IMG/VR virus record: IMGVR_UViG_3300010362_000044
Coordinates: 1 to 41,672 of that record
From: a virus
Taxonomy: Duplodnaviria; Caudoviricetes
Reading direction: 5' to 3' (one strand)
Length of the DNA stretch: 41,672 nt
Shown here: positions 8,813 to 17,320 of the stretch, piece after piece
How positions within the stretch are numbered: the stretch's first letter is position 1
Layout: each line of letters opens with the position of its first letter
Translations under genes and position numbers: made by a program
The notes under the pieces: generated by a model
What the model was told of the DNA's origin: nothing
Databases searched by the model: none
The model's input: only the letters and a program-made list of their open reading frames with translations

Positions 8813-9069
8813 GCGGCTTCGCCGGCCTGGCCCGGTTCCAGAAACGCACCTTCGCGCCCGGCGAGGGACGCGGCATCGTCTGGGTCGCACCCGCCCACGT
8901 CGAGTCCCTGGTCGCTGCCGTCAGCGACGACCGGAACGAGGTTCTGGGCACCCGGATCAGGATGCGGTCCGGCCAGATCATCGACGTCCGGGAGCCGGCC
9001 ACCGAGGTCGCCCGGGCCCTGACCGACGCCGCCGCCGAGGCCGACGACCCGATGGTCACCGTCGAGTGA
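8809..9069 (+). CDS. Small hypothetical protein
   Basis: GTGA overlaps at both ends. Confidence 0.6.
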   Translation: MSGFAGLARFQKRTFAPGEGRGIVWVAPAHVESLVAAVSDDRNEVLGTRIRMRSGQIIDVREPATEVARALTDAAAEADDPMVTVE

Positions 9070-9461
9070 GACGAGGGGGGCCGCTCCGCCGCCGCCGGAT
9101 GCCGCGTCGCCGGACGGCCCCCCGTTGGTCTGCCGCCGAGTGGGAGCAGGCCAACATCGTGCTCTGGGCCCGGCAGGCCGGTGCCTGCGCCTGGTGCCAC
9201 GAACCGCTCAAGGACGAGGCCGCCCGGCACCATCGGAAGCGTCGCCGCGACGGCGGGGACCGCTACTCCAACGTCCTGCTCCTGCACCCCTTCTGCCACG
9301 ACGACTGCCACCGGATGCCCGCCGCCGCCCGGGCCCTCGGGGTCATCTGCCCGACCACCGAGGACCCCGAGGACTGGCCCTGGATGGACGCCGCCGGCAA
9401 CCCCTGGCTCCTGCACGACGACGGCGGGAAGCACCGAGTTGCTGCTCACCCCGACCGTTAG
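9066..9461 (+). CDS. HNH endonuclease
   Basis: CAWC...HHRKRRRDGGDRYSNVLLLHPFCHDDCH. Confidence 0.8.
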   Translation: MRRGGPLRRRRMPRRRTAPRWSAAEWEQANIVLWARQAGACAWCHEPLKDEAARHHRKRRRDGGDRYSNVLLLHPFCHDDCHRMPAAARALGVICPTTEDPEDWPWMDAAGNPWLLHDDGGKHRVAAHPDR

Positions 9462-9528
9462 CGTATGGTGGACCCCGAGGCCGCCACCCGGGCGGACCCT
9501 CACGACCCGCCACGAGAAAGGCACCCGC

Positions 9529-10659
9529 ATGAACACCACCACCCGCAACGCCACCCTCCAGGACCTCGCCCTGATGCTTCAGGACCAGCAGGCCCGGAAG
9601 GTTGACCTGGTCACGCCGGCCACCACCCTGTGGTCCGACAACGCCGACCTGACCGTCAAGGGCTCCACCCCGGTTCTGTCCGAGGACGGGGTCACCGCGA
9701 TGGACGGTCGCTACCGGCCCACCGTCGTCTGCGACGAGGGCATCGCCGCCAAATTGGACATCCCCACCGCCTACCTGCGACGGATGCGCGAGCAGCGGCC
9801 CGACCTGTACGACGCCAACGTCAACGGATGGATCTACGGCGGCGGCGACCCCGACCAGGCCGACGCCCGCACGTTCCTCCTCCGCACCTTCAAGCCCGGC
9901 GACCCGGGCGAGACCGGCATCGCCCGCGCCCTGCTCTCGGACCGCTACGCCATCATGGACCACCTGGACGTCCTGACCTCGGCCCTCGACGGCGTCAAGG
10001 CCGCCGGCGTCGAGGTCAGCGTCGACGGGGCGGACCTGACCGACCGTCGGATGGTGGTCCGCGTCTCGGCCCCCGACGTCAAGGCCCTGGCCCCCGCCCT
10101 CCTGGCCGGCTACCGGTCCCCGTTCTCGGGGGCCTCGGGCAGCGACAACCCGACCGTGTTCGCCGGCTTCGTCCTCTCGAACTCGGAGACCGGCGGCGGG
10201 GCCTGGACGATCACGCCCCGGATCACCGTCGAGGTCTGCACCAACGGCATGACGATCACGAAGGACGCCCTGCGGGGGGTCCACCTCGGGGGCCGCATGG
10301 AGGAGGGGGTCATCCGCTGGTCCGAGGACACGATGCGGAAGGAACTGGCGGTCGTCTCGGCCCGCGCCAAGGACGCGGTCGCCACGTTCTGCGACACCGC
10401 CTACGTCGAGAAGGTCATCCGCGACATCGATGAGGCCGCCGGCAGGCCGGTCGAGAAGGTCGAGCACGTCAACGACGTCACGAAGGCCCTGCGGTTCACC
10501 GCCGAGCAGACCGACGGCATCCTGTCCCACTTCGTCCAGGGCGGCCAGATGACCCGGGGCGGCGTGATGCAGGCGATCACGTCGTACGCACAGACCGTCG
10601 GCGACGGCGACGAGGCGTTCGACCTGGAGGCCGCCGCGATCAAGGCCCTGACGGTCTGA
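9529..10659 (+). CDS. DUF932-family protein
   Basis: RALLSDRY...AGFVLSNSETGGGAWTITPRITVEVCTNGM...HLG; leader GACCCGCCAC (9504) and GAAAGG RBS. Confidence 0.8.
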   Translation: MNTTTRNATLQDLALMLQDQQARKVDLVTPATTLWSDNADLTVKGSTPVLSEDGVTAMDGRYRPTVVCDEGIAAKLDIPTAYLRRMREQRPDLYDANVNGWIYGGGDPDQADARTFLLRTFKPGDPGETGIARALLSDRYAIMDHLDVLTSALDGVKAAGVEVSVDGADLTDRRMVVRVSAPDVKALAPALLAGYRSPFSGASGSDNPTVFAGFVLSNSETGGGAWTITPRITVEVCTNGMTITKDALRGVHLGGRMEEGVIRWSEDTMRKELAVVSARAKDAVATFCDTAYVEKVIRDIDEAAGRPVEKVEHVNDVTKALRFTAEQTDGILSHFVQGGQMTRGGVMQAITSYAQTVGDGDEAFDLEAAAIKALTV

Positions 10660-10800
10660 GGCCCGACTGCCGGCCCCGAGGACCCACTCCTCGCGGGCCG
10701 GCACCGGCGGGTGTGCGTGGCCGCCTGGCTTGCAGGCCGGAGCGCGCCCTTGGCGGGTCGGGCCCCGGCCTCGCCGCCCACGCACCCCGCCGGACCCCTG
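10660..10800 (+). ncRNA. Candidate structured RNA with antisense leader motif in an apical loop
   Basis: Nested stems 10704-10720/10778-10793, AGGCCGG/CCGGCCT and GCCC/GGGC closing the loop TTGGCGGGTC (10750-10759); upstream hairpin at 10668-10703. Confidence 0.4.
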
Positions 10801-10817
10801 AGAGGAGGATCGGCGGA

Positions 10818-11540
10818 ATGGCGACCTGCTTCCGATGCGACACCCTGATCCGGGGGATGCCGTTGATGGCGTTCCCCCCGAACCGAGGCAGCCGGGTCTG
10901 GCGTCCGGTGCCCGGCGTCTCGCTGTGCGTCCTGTGCGGCGGCAACGGCAACAACGTGCTCACCGCCGACGAATACACCCGCGCCACCGCCGGCGCCGAC
11001 GACGCCCTGCCGTTCAGCCTCGGCCCCGACCAGGGCGAGGGCGACCCGATGGAGCAGGCCGAGCAGGTCATCGCCGCCTTCGACGCCGACCCCCTGACCG
11101 GCGAGGAGTTGAAGGCCGCCGGCCAGGCCGCCGCCGCCGACGCGGTCCCCACCTGGTTCGACCAGGCCACCGCCTCGGTCGCCCGCCTGGCCCGCCTCGG
11201 GACCGAGTTCACCTCCGAGGACGTCATCGCCGAGGTCGGCCTCCCGAACGTCGAGGTCGGCAAGGACCGCAACAACGCGGTCGGCTCCCTGATGACCGCC
11301 TGCGCCAAGCGGGGGATGATCCACCGGGTCGGCAGACGCAAGGCCAAGCGCCGCAACTCCCACTCCGCCGAGGTCGGCATCTGGCTCGGCGGCCCCGACC
11401 CCGACCAGGCGCCGCCGGCCCGCCCCCTCCTGAACGACGCCCTCGCCACCGCCTGGGCCGAGGGCTACGTCGCCGGCATCGTCTGGTCCGACAACCCCGC
11501 CGAACCCGAGCCCCGCAACCCCTACGAGGAGGCCCCATGA
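10818..11540 (+). CDS. Hypothetical protein (N-terminal CxxC...CxxC, possible wHTH)
   Basis: GAGGAGG RBS, ATG 10818. Confidence 0.7.
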   Translation: MATCFRCDTLIRGMPLMAFPPNRGSRVWRPVPGVSLCVLCGGNGNNVLTADEYTRATAGADDALPFSLGPDQGEGDPMEQAEQVIAAFDADPLTGEELKAAGQAAAADAVPTWFDQATASVARLARLGTEFTSEDVIAEVGLPNVEVGKDRNNAVGSLMTACAKRGMIHRVGRRKAKRRNSHSAEVGIWLGGPDPDQAPPARPLLNDALATAWAEGYVAGIVWSDNPAEPEPRNPYEEAP

Positions 11541-11758
11541 CCGAGCAGCACCCCGACAACGTCGTGCCCCTGCACGCCGTCGCCAACGAGACGCCGCCCA
11601 CCCTGGACACCCTGCTGGACGCCTCGTTCCTGGTCTGGGACGAGGACAACGTGATCCGGCTCCGCTGCAAGGCCAACGTGTCCCACCCGCAGGTCGCCGA
11701 ATGGCTCCGGCACGTCGCCGACCACCTGGACGAACACGAGGCCCACGACCATGACTGA
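11537..11758 (+). CDS. Small hypothetical protein
   Basis: GAGGAGG RBS, ATGA overlap. Confidence 0.65.
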   Translation: MTEQHPDNVVPLHAVANETPPTLDTLLDASFLVWDEDNVIRLRCKANVSHPQVAEWLRHVADHLDEHEAHDHD

Positions 11759-12041
11759 CCAGGCCGTCTACCACCTGTACCGGGGCCGCCTGCCCTCGGG
11801 CGTCGAGGTCCTGGTCACCATCTACCCCGACGGCACCGGGGAACTGGCCCACCGGGAACCGACCGTCTACGGCACCTGGGGGCCGCCGGTCGTCCTGCAG
11901 CACATCGAGGGCGTCCCCGTCGAGGACGTCCACTGCCGGTGCGGGGCCCCCCTGTTCGGCGGCCACTGCGGTCACTGTCACGACGACCCGCCGGCGGACC
12001 ATGTATGCCCTGTCTGCGGGAAGGCGGCGACCGCGACGTGA
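11751..12041 (+). CDS. Small Cys-rich protein
   Basis: CRCG, CGHC and CPVC motifs. Confidence 0.6.
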   Translation: MTDQAVYHLYRGRLPSGVEVLVTIYPDGTGELAHREPTVYGTWGPPVVLQHIEGVPVEDVHCRCGAPLFGGHCGHCHDDPPADHVCPVCGKAATAT

Positions 12042-12190
12042 GGGACACTGGACCCATCGCCGGACGCCCCGCCGGCGAGCCCCGACCGGCGCTTCCCCCA
12101 AGCGCGGTTGGTTCCCCCACTCGCCGACGGGGTCCTATCCCCCGTAGCAATGAAACGACCCGACGCGGGGTTCGTGACGCGTTTTCGAGA

Positions 12191-12261
12191 AGTTGCGACC
12201 CGCCGCCGGCTTGCGCGTATGCTGCCGGAGACCCGCCCCGAGAACCGGAAGGAACGCCCCT
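12191..12261 (+). promoter_or_regulatory. Putative promoter with inverted operator
   Basis: TTGCGA-19bp-TATGCT; TGCGCGTATG at 12212; GACCCGCC variants; AAGGAA RBS. Confidence 0.5.
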
Positions 12262-12615
12262 GTGATCCCCCTCCCACTGGCCGGCCTGGACGCCGCCCGC
12301 GACCTGGCAGAAGACGCCCTGGTCGTCGCCTACCCTATCTGCGCCCGCGCCGACGCCCGCCGCCGACGATGGACCTCAACCGACGCCGCCGGCCCCCGAC
12401 CCTCGACCGCCCCGGACCTGGTCCGGTGGGCCGCCACCGTCGCCGTCCTCAACCTGATGGAACTCGACCCGGTCGGGGCCGAGGCCGAGGCCGCCCTAGG
12501 CCGCGCCGAGGTCCGGCTCGATTGGGAGGGCTGGGACCGGGCCCGCGTCCAGTCCTGGCTCGAGGACGTACGCGCCGTCGCCGCCGCCCACGCCCGGTTC
12601 GGGGCACAGGCGTGA
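12262..12615 (+). CDS. Hypothetical protein
   Basis: GTG start after AAGGAA; codon usage. Confidence 0.6.
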   Translation: MIPLPLAGLDAARDLAEDALVVAYPICARADARRRRWTSTDAAGPRPSTAPDLVRWAATVAVLNLMELDPVGAEAEAALGRAEVRLDWEGWDRARVQSWLEDVRAVAAAHARFGAQA

Positions 12616-12989
12616 CCCGCCGCCGGCTGCGGGCGGTCCCGAGGGCCGAGGCCGCCGAGCGGGCCCTGGTCCGGGAGGCCGCCGAGAAGTGGAAGAAGGC
12701 GATCATCGAGTGCCGCGCCAACGGCAACCACCAGTGGGACGGCTGGACCGCCGCCCACCGGCGCGGCTTCTACGACGTGTCGCAGCGGTGCCGCCGCCGA
12801 TGCGGGGCCGAACGACACACGGTGCTGGACGAGGCCGGCTACCAGTTGGAGAAGTGGAAGCCCCGCTACACCGACCCGTCGTACCTGATGCACGGCCACG
12901 GCAGGATGACCGCCGCCGGCAAGGCCGAACTGCGGCTCATCATGCTGGCCATGCACTCGGTCATCGAGGTCGAGGACGAGACGGCATGA
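12612..12989 (+). CDS. Hypothetical Cys/His protein
   Basis: ECRANGNHQW...QRCRRRCGAER...RYTDPSYL; GTGA overlap. Confidence 0.7.
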   Translation: MTRRRLRAVPRAEAAERALVREAAEKWKKAIIECRANGNHQWDGWTAAHRRGFYDVSQRCRRRCGAERHTVLDEAGYQLEKWKPRYTDPSYLMHGHGRMTAAGKAELRLIMLAMHSVIEVEDETA

Positions 12990-13141
12990 ACACCGGCAGC
13001 CGCGACGAACAGATCTACCTCGCCAACATCGCCCGGATCGCCGACGCCCTGAACCGGCTCGCCAACTGCGCCGAGGCCGCCGAGCAGCGACGCCGCGAAG
13101 CGGACCGCGAGTTCAGGGAGTCGTTGGAGGAGCCGTCATGA
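12986..13141 (+). CDS. Small coiled-coil protein
   Basis: MNTGSRDEQIYLANIARIADALNRLA...; ATGA overlaps. Confidence 0.6.
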   Translation: MNTGSRDEQIYLANIARIADALNRLANCAEAAEQRRREADREFRESLEEPS

Positions 13142-13371
13142 CCGCCGCGCCCGAGGGCATCGTCGTCGTCTGCGACGACGGCGACCTGATCCCCTGCACC
13201 CCCATCTGGATCGGGCAGGAGGACGAGGACGGTCAGGCGATCAACGTGTGGCGAGCCATACCCGACCGGGAGCCGCACGGCCAGTGGACCGTCCGGATCG
13301 CCGTCCTCCCCGGCTACACCGAAGTCCGGCTCGCGCACCCCGAGGTCCGCGCCGAGGAGGAGCAGGCATGA
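13138..13371 (+). CDS. Small hypothetical protein
   Basis: GGAGGAG RBS, ATGA overlap. Confidence 0.65.
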   Translation: MTAAPEGIVVVCDDGDLIPCTPIWIGQEDEDGQAINVWRAIPDREPHGQWTVRIAVLPGYTEVRLAHPEVRAEEEQA

Positions 13372-13670
13372 GGGGGGAGGTCGTCCTGGTCAACCAGGGC
13401 CTCGCCGGCTACGCCCTGACCGACCAGCCGCAGCGGGCGATGATCGGCTGCTACCTGGCCGCCTACGACCCCGAGGCCCACGACGGGCTCGGGGAGGCCG
13501 AGTGGACCCCGAACCCGGCGCTGGCGAAGCGGTTCCCCGACGCCGCCGCCGCCCTCGAATGCTGGAAGCAGGTGCCCAAGTCCCGGCCCACACGCGGCTA
13601 CGGCAGCGACCCCGACGCCCCGAACCGGCCCCTGACCGCGTTCACCGTCGAGGTCCGGGAGGCCCCATGA
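13368..13670 (+). CDS. Hypothetical protein
   Basis: YLAAYDPEAHDGLGEAEWT...RPLTAFTVEV; ATGA overlap. Confidence 0.7.
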   Translation: MRGEVVLVNQGLAGYALTDQPQRAMIGCYLAAYDPEAHDGLGEAEWTPNPALAKRFPDAAAALECWKQVPKSRPTRGYGSDPDAPNRPLTAFTVEVREAP

Positions 13671-14032
13671 CCGAGTCCAAGCCCGGCCCCTGGTCGGTCT
13701 ACGCCGGCCAGTCCCTCCGGTTCGTCCGCACCGTCCTCGGCGCGGTCCCCCGCTGGCCCTCCGCCGCCCACGCCGCCCGGCTCATGCCCCTGGTCACCGG
13801 CGTCGAACCGAGCCCCGGCGCGGTCTGCTTCTACGGCACCGTCCCCTACGGCCACTGCGGCATCTACGTCTCGTTCGGGATGGTCCTGACCGTCGACCTC
13901 GACGGCAGGCCGGTGCTCCTCGGCCTGCACGACGAGGCCGCCTGGGGCGGCCCGCTGCAGGGCTGGGTGCGCGGCGACAACTTCCGCAACGCGTCCGCCG
14001 GGAAACTCCGGGGGCTGCCCGACCAGGGGTAG
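13667..14032 (+). CDS. CHAP/NlpC-P60-like protein with Ser at the catalytic Cys position
   Basis: GQSLRFVR...PSPGAVCFY...YGHCGI...WG...GW aligns by eye with the endolysin at 33234-33614 (GYCLQQTR...PPRGAAVYW...YGHIAL...WG...GW). Confidence 0.55.
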   Translation: MTESKPGPWSVYAGQSLRFVRTVLGAVPRWPSAAHAARLMPLVTGVEPSPGAVCFYGTVPYGHCGIYVSFGMVLTVDLDGRPVLLGLHDEAAWGGPLQGWVRGDNFRNASAGKLRGLPDQG

Positions 14033-14038
14033 TGACGC

Positions 14039-14067
14039 CTGCTAGCAGCGGGTCTAGCCTCACCCGC
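14039..14067 (+). promoter_or_regulatory. CTGCTAGCAG palindrome (copy 2) plus TAGCCT -10-like element
   Basis: Palindrome at 14039-14048; TAGCCT at 14055-14060, 7 nt before ATG 14068 (leaderless geometry). Confidence 0.55.
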
Positions 14068-14322
14068 ATGGTTGAGACCAGGCCGCCGCCGCCACCGCCT
14101 GCCCCACCCATCGAGGACGAAGACCCGCACGAACGGATCCAGTGCAACGTCCGGCTCCCGAAGGTCCTGGTCACCACCATCGACCTGCGCCGCGCCACCC
14201 TCGGCCTGTCCCGCGACGAGTGGTTCCGCCGGGCCCTGACGTTCATCCTGCTCGACCCCGACGGCAGCCCCCGCGCCATCCGGTCGATGAACGGACACCG
14301 CTCCACCCGAGGCATCCTGTGA
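14068..14322 (+). CDS. Ribbon-helix-helix (CopG-like) DNA-binding protein
   Basis: IQCNVRLPKVLVTTIDLRRATLGLSRDEWFRRAL. Confidence 0.7.
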   Translation: MVETRPPPPPPAPPIEDEDPHERIQCNVRLPKVLVTTIDLRRATLGLSRDEWFRRALTFILLDPDGSPRAIRSMNGHRSTRGIL

Positions 14323-16808
14323 CCGTCGAGGCCGTCGCCCTCGGCGGCGACGTACGCGCCCACGCCGACCTCGAGCCGCTGCTGTGTGACATCGACGCCC
14401 TGCGCCCGCACGAGCGCAACCCGAGGGCCGGCGACACCGAGGCCATCGCCGAGTCGATCAAGGCCAACGGCCTGTACCGGCCCGTCTACGCGCAACGCTC
14501 GACCGGACGCATCCTGGCCGGCAACCACACCTACGCCGCCGCCCTGGAACTCGGTGCCACCCGGCTGCCGGTGGTCTGGCTCGACGTGGACGACGAGGCC
14601 GCCGCCCGCATCCTGCTGGTCGACAACCGGGCCGCCGACCTGGGCCGCTACGACGACGCCCTGCTCATCGACCTGCTCAACGAGTTGGGGGCCACCGAGG
14701 CCGGCCTGTTCGGCACCGGCTACTCCTACGACGACGCCGCCGCCATCGAGGCCGCCCTGCGGGCCGCCGAGCACACCCCCCTGGAACCGTCACCCTCGCT
14801 GGCGGACAGGTTCATCGTGCCGCCGTTCACGATCCTGGACGCCCGGTCGGGGGCCTGGCAGGAACGCAAGCACCGTTGGCTCGCGTTGGGCATCCGCAGC
14901 GAGGTCGGCAGGGGCGACGACCTGCTCGGCTACTCCCAGACCGTCAAGGACGCGGTCGCCGGCAAGTTGCCCCGCCGAGGGTTGGGGGCGGTGCAGACCA
15001 ACCTCGACGGCGAGGACGCCGAACGGTACGGACGCAAGGACACCCGGCCCGCCGACACGGAGCGTCGCCGCCGGGCCTCGTCTGCGTTGGAGGGCACCCG
15101 CCTCGGCGGCCCGCCGGGCAGCCACGCCCTGAACACCCCGCAGGCCGGCGACGGCAGGGGCGGCCTGGTGGACCGCACCCTGGCCCAAGGCCTGACCGCC
15201 CACCGCGACCCGGTCACCGGCGACCTCGTCTACACCGAGACCACCGCCGCCGGCGTCTCCATCTTCGACCCCGTCCTGTGCGAACTCACCTACCGATGGT
15301 TCTGCCCGCCCGGCGGCACGGTCCTGGACGTGTTCGCCGGCGGCTCCGTCCGAGGCATCGTCGCCGCCGCCCTCGGCCACCCCTACACCGGCATCGAACT
15401 CCGGCCCGAGCAGGTCGAGGCCGACGGTGAGCAACGCGAGCACATCCTGCCCCGGCTCCGGCCCGCCCCCGTCGTGCCGGCGGACCTGCCCTACGACACC
15501 CTCACCCCCGTCGAGGAGTACGGCGGGTTGCACGTGAAACGCGACGACCTGTGGGCCTGCGGCGGGGTGACCGTCGGCGCGAAGGGCCGCACCATGCACC
15601 GGCTCCTGACCGCCGGCAGACACGCCGGCCTGATGACCGCCGGCGCAGCCGTCTCCCCGCAGATCGAACGGGCCGCCCTGGTCGCCGCCGCCCTCGGGGT
15701 GCCCTGCCGGGTCCACACCTCCGCCGGCAACCCCACCCCCTCGACCGAGGTCTGCGAGGCCGCCGGCGCGGAGGTCGTCCGCCACCAACCCGGCAGGCTG
15801 ACGGTGCTGAAGAAGCGGCTCGCCGACGACGCCGCCGACCACCCCGACTGGCTGGCGATGCCGTTCGGCATGGACCACCACGCGTACGTGACCGACGTGG
15901 CCGCACAGTGCGAGAACATCCCCGACGGTGCCCGGGTCGTTATCCCCGTCGGCTCGGGCACCACCCTGGCCGCCGTCTGGACCGGCCTCCGGTCACGCGG
16001 CAAGACCAACCCGGTCCTCGGGGTCCGGGTCGGCGGCGACCCCACCGGCGTCCTGGACCGGCACGCCCCCGGCTGGGGCTCCGACGCGGCCCTGGACCTG
16101 GTCGCCTCGGACCTCGCCTACCGGGCCCACGCCCCCGTCACCGACCTCGCCGGCCTGCCCCTGGACCCACAGTACGAAGCCAAGTGCCTCCCCTACTGCG
16201 AGCCCGGCGACCTGCTCTGGCTGGTCGGCCTCCGAGGCGCAGCCGCGACCGCGACCAGGCCGCCGCCGGCACCGCGCTGGGTCTGCGGCGACGCCCGCCG
16301 CGCCGAGGAACTCCTGCCCGCCGGCGAGACCTACGACCTGCTGTTCACCTGTCCGCCCTACCACGACCTGGAGGTCTACTCCCTGGACCCCGCCGACCTG
16401 TCCAACATGCCGTGGCCCGAGTTCCTGGCCGCCTACCGGCAGGTCATCGCCGCCGCCGTGAACCGGCTGGCCGACGACAGGTTCGCGGTCTGGGTGGTCG
16501 GCGAAATCCGGGACAAGAGCCGGGGCACCTACCGGAACCTGGTCGGCGAGACCATCCGCGCCTTCACCGACGCCGGCGCGGCGTTCTACAACGAGGCCAT
16601 CCTGGCCACCGCCGTCGGGTCGCTGCCGATCCGGGCGGGCCGGCAGTTCGCCACCGGACGGAAGTTGGGCAAGACCCATCAGAACGTCCTCGTCTTCTGC
16701 AAGGGCGACTGGTCCGCCGCCGCGAAGGCGTGCGGGGTGGTCGAGGTCGAGATGCCGGTCCCCGACGACGCCGAGTTGCAACCATACGCGGACGGGGCTA
16801 CCTTGTGA
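14319..16808 (+). CDS. ParB-like domain + amino-DNA-methyltransferase with an inserted PLP-dependent (ACC deaminase/D-Cys desulfhydrase-like) domain
   Basis: ParB: LRPHERNPRAGD...ILAGNHTYAAA...LLVDNR. MTase motif I VLDVFAGG, GIELR and motif IV FTCPPY. Between them KRDDL...GAKGR, PVGSGTT, LDPQYEAK. Confidence 0.85.
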   Translation: MTVEAVALGGDVRAHADLEPLLCDIDALRPHERNPRAGDTEAIAESIKANGLYRPVYAQRSTGRILAGNHTYAAALELGATRLPVVWLDVDDEAAARILLVDNRAADLGRYDDALLIDLLNELGATEAGLFGTGYSYDDAAAIEAALRAAEHTPLEPSPSLADRFIVPPFTILDARSGAWQERKHRWLALGIRSEVGRGDDLLGYSQTVKDAVAGKLPRRGLGAVQTNLDGEDAERYGRKDTRPADTERRRRASSALEGTRLGGPPGSHALNTPQAGDGRGGLVDRTLAQGLTAHRDPVTGDLVYTETTAAGVSIFDPVLCELTYRWFCPPGGTVLDVFAGGSVRGIVAAALGHPYTGIELRPEQVEADGEQREHILPRLRPAPVVPADLPYDTLTPVEEYGGLHVKRDDLWACGGVTVGAKGRTMHRLLTAGRHAGLMTAGAAVSPQIERAALVAAALGVPCRVHTSAGNPTPSTEVCEAAGAEVVRHQPGRLTVLKKRLADDAADHPDWLAMPFGMDHHAYVTDVAAQCENIPDGARVVIPVGSGTTLAAVWTGLRSRGKTNPVLGVRVGGDPTGVLDRHAPGWGSDAALDLVASDLAYRAHAPVTDLAGLPLDPQYEAKCLPYCEPGDLLWLVGLRGAAATATRPPPAPRWVCGDARRAEELLPAGETYDLLFTCPPYHDLEVYSLDPADLSNMPWPEFLAAYRQVIAAAVNRLADDRFAVWVVGEIRDKSRGTYRNLVGETIRAFTDAGAAFYNEAILATAVGSLPIRAGRQFATGRKLGKTHQNVLVFCKGDWSAAAKACGVVEVEMPVPDDAELQPYADGATL

Positions 16809-16844
16809 CCACTGAACGACCCGCCAACCCGCAAGGAACCCGCC
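16773..16844 (+). promoter_or_regulatory. Conserved promoter-leader repeat, copy 2 (overlaps the MTase 3' end)
   Basis: TTGCAA-17bp-TACCTT, CATACGCGGA, GACCCGCCAA at 16818, AAGGAA. Confidence 0.7.
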
Positions 16845-17006
16845 ATGAACGTCTACAAGAGCCAGCAGGTCAGCCACGAAGGCCGGACCTACAAGGTCAC
16901 CGCCACCGCCACCCTCGGCGACGGCACCCGGGTCGCCCAGATCCGCCCGGTCGGCCAGCACGCCGGCGGGGCCTGGGTCAAGGCCGAGGAACTGGTGCAG
17001 GCATGA
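16845..17006 (+). CDS. Small hypothetical protein (53 aa, not in ORF track)
   Basis: MNVYKSQQVSHEGRTYKVTATATLGDGTRVAQIRPVGQHAGGAWVKAEELVQA follows the leader repeat. Confidence 0.7.
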   Translation: MNVYKSQQVSHEGRTYKVTATATLGDGTRVAQIRPVGQHAGGAWVKAEELVQA

Positions 17007-17320
17007 GCAGCATCCGACGCCCCTTCGCCGCCGTCCTGAAGGTCGCCTACGACCTCGACGCCACCCCCGAGGCCCTGGCCGCCGCCCTCGACAAGGCCGC
17101 CGCGTTCCCCGAGCGCCGCCGGGCCGGCGAGGGCCAGGCGTTCGCCGCCGGCCTGCGCCGCTACACCATGCTCACCGGACGCGACTACACCCCGGGCCAG
17201 ACCACCCCGCCCGCCCCCGCCGCCGGCGGCTGGGGCTGCGCCTGCGGCCACGTCCGGCTCCACGACCCGGCCTGCCGCGAGGCCGGCTGCGACTGTTCCG
17301 GGTTCCGGCAGGCCCCATGA
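17003..17320 (+). CDS. Hypothetical protein with C-terminal Cys/His cluster
   Basis: ATGA overlaps; CACGH...HDPAC...CDC. Confidence 0.65.
   Translation: MSSIRRPFAAVLKVAYDLDATPEALAAALDKAAAFPERRRAGEGQAFAAGLRRYTMLTGRDYTPGQTTPPAPAAGGWGCACGHVRLHDPACREAGCDCSGFRQAP

Noticed and set aside
15490-16230. MTase insertion as an intein or homing endonuclease
   Set aside because: No intein terminal C/S...HN or LAGLIDADG motifs; the insert carries PLP-enzyme motifs.
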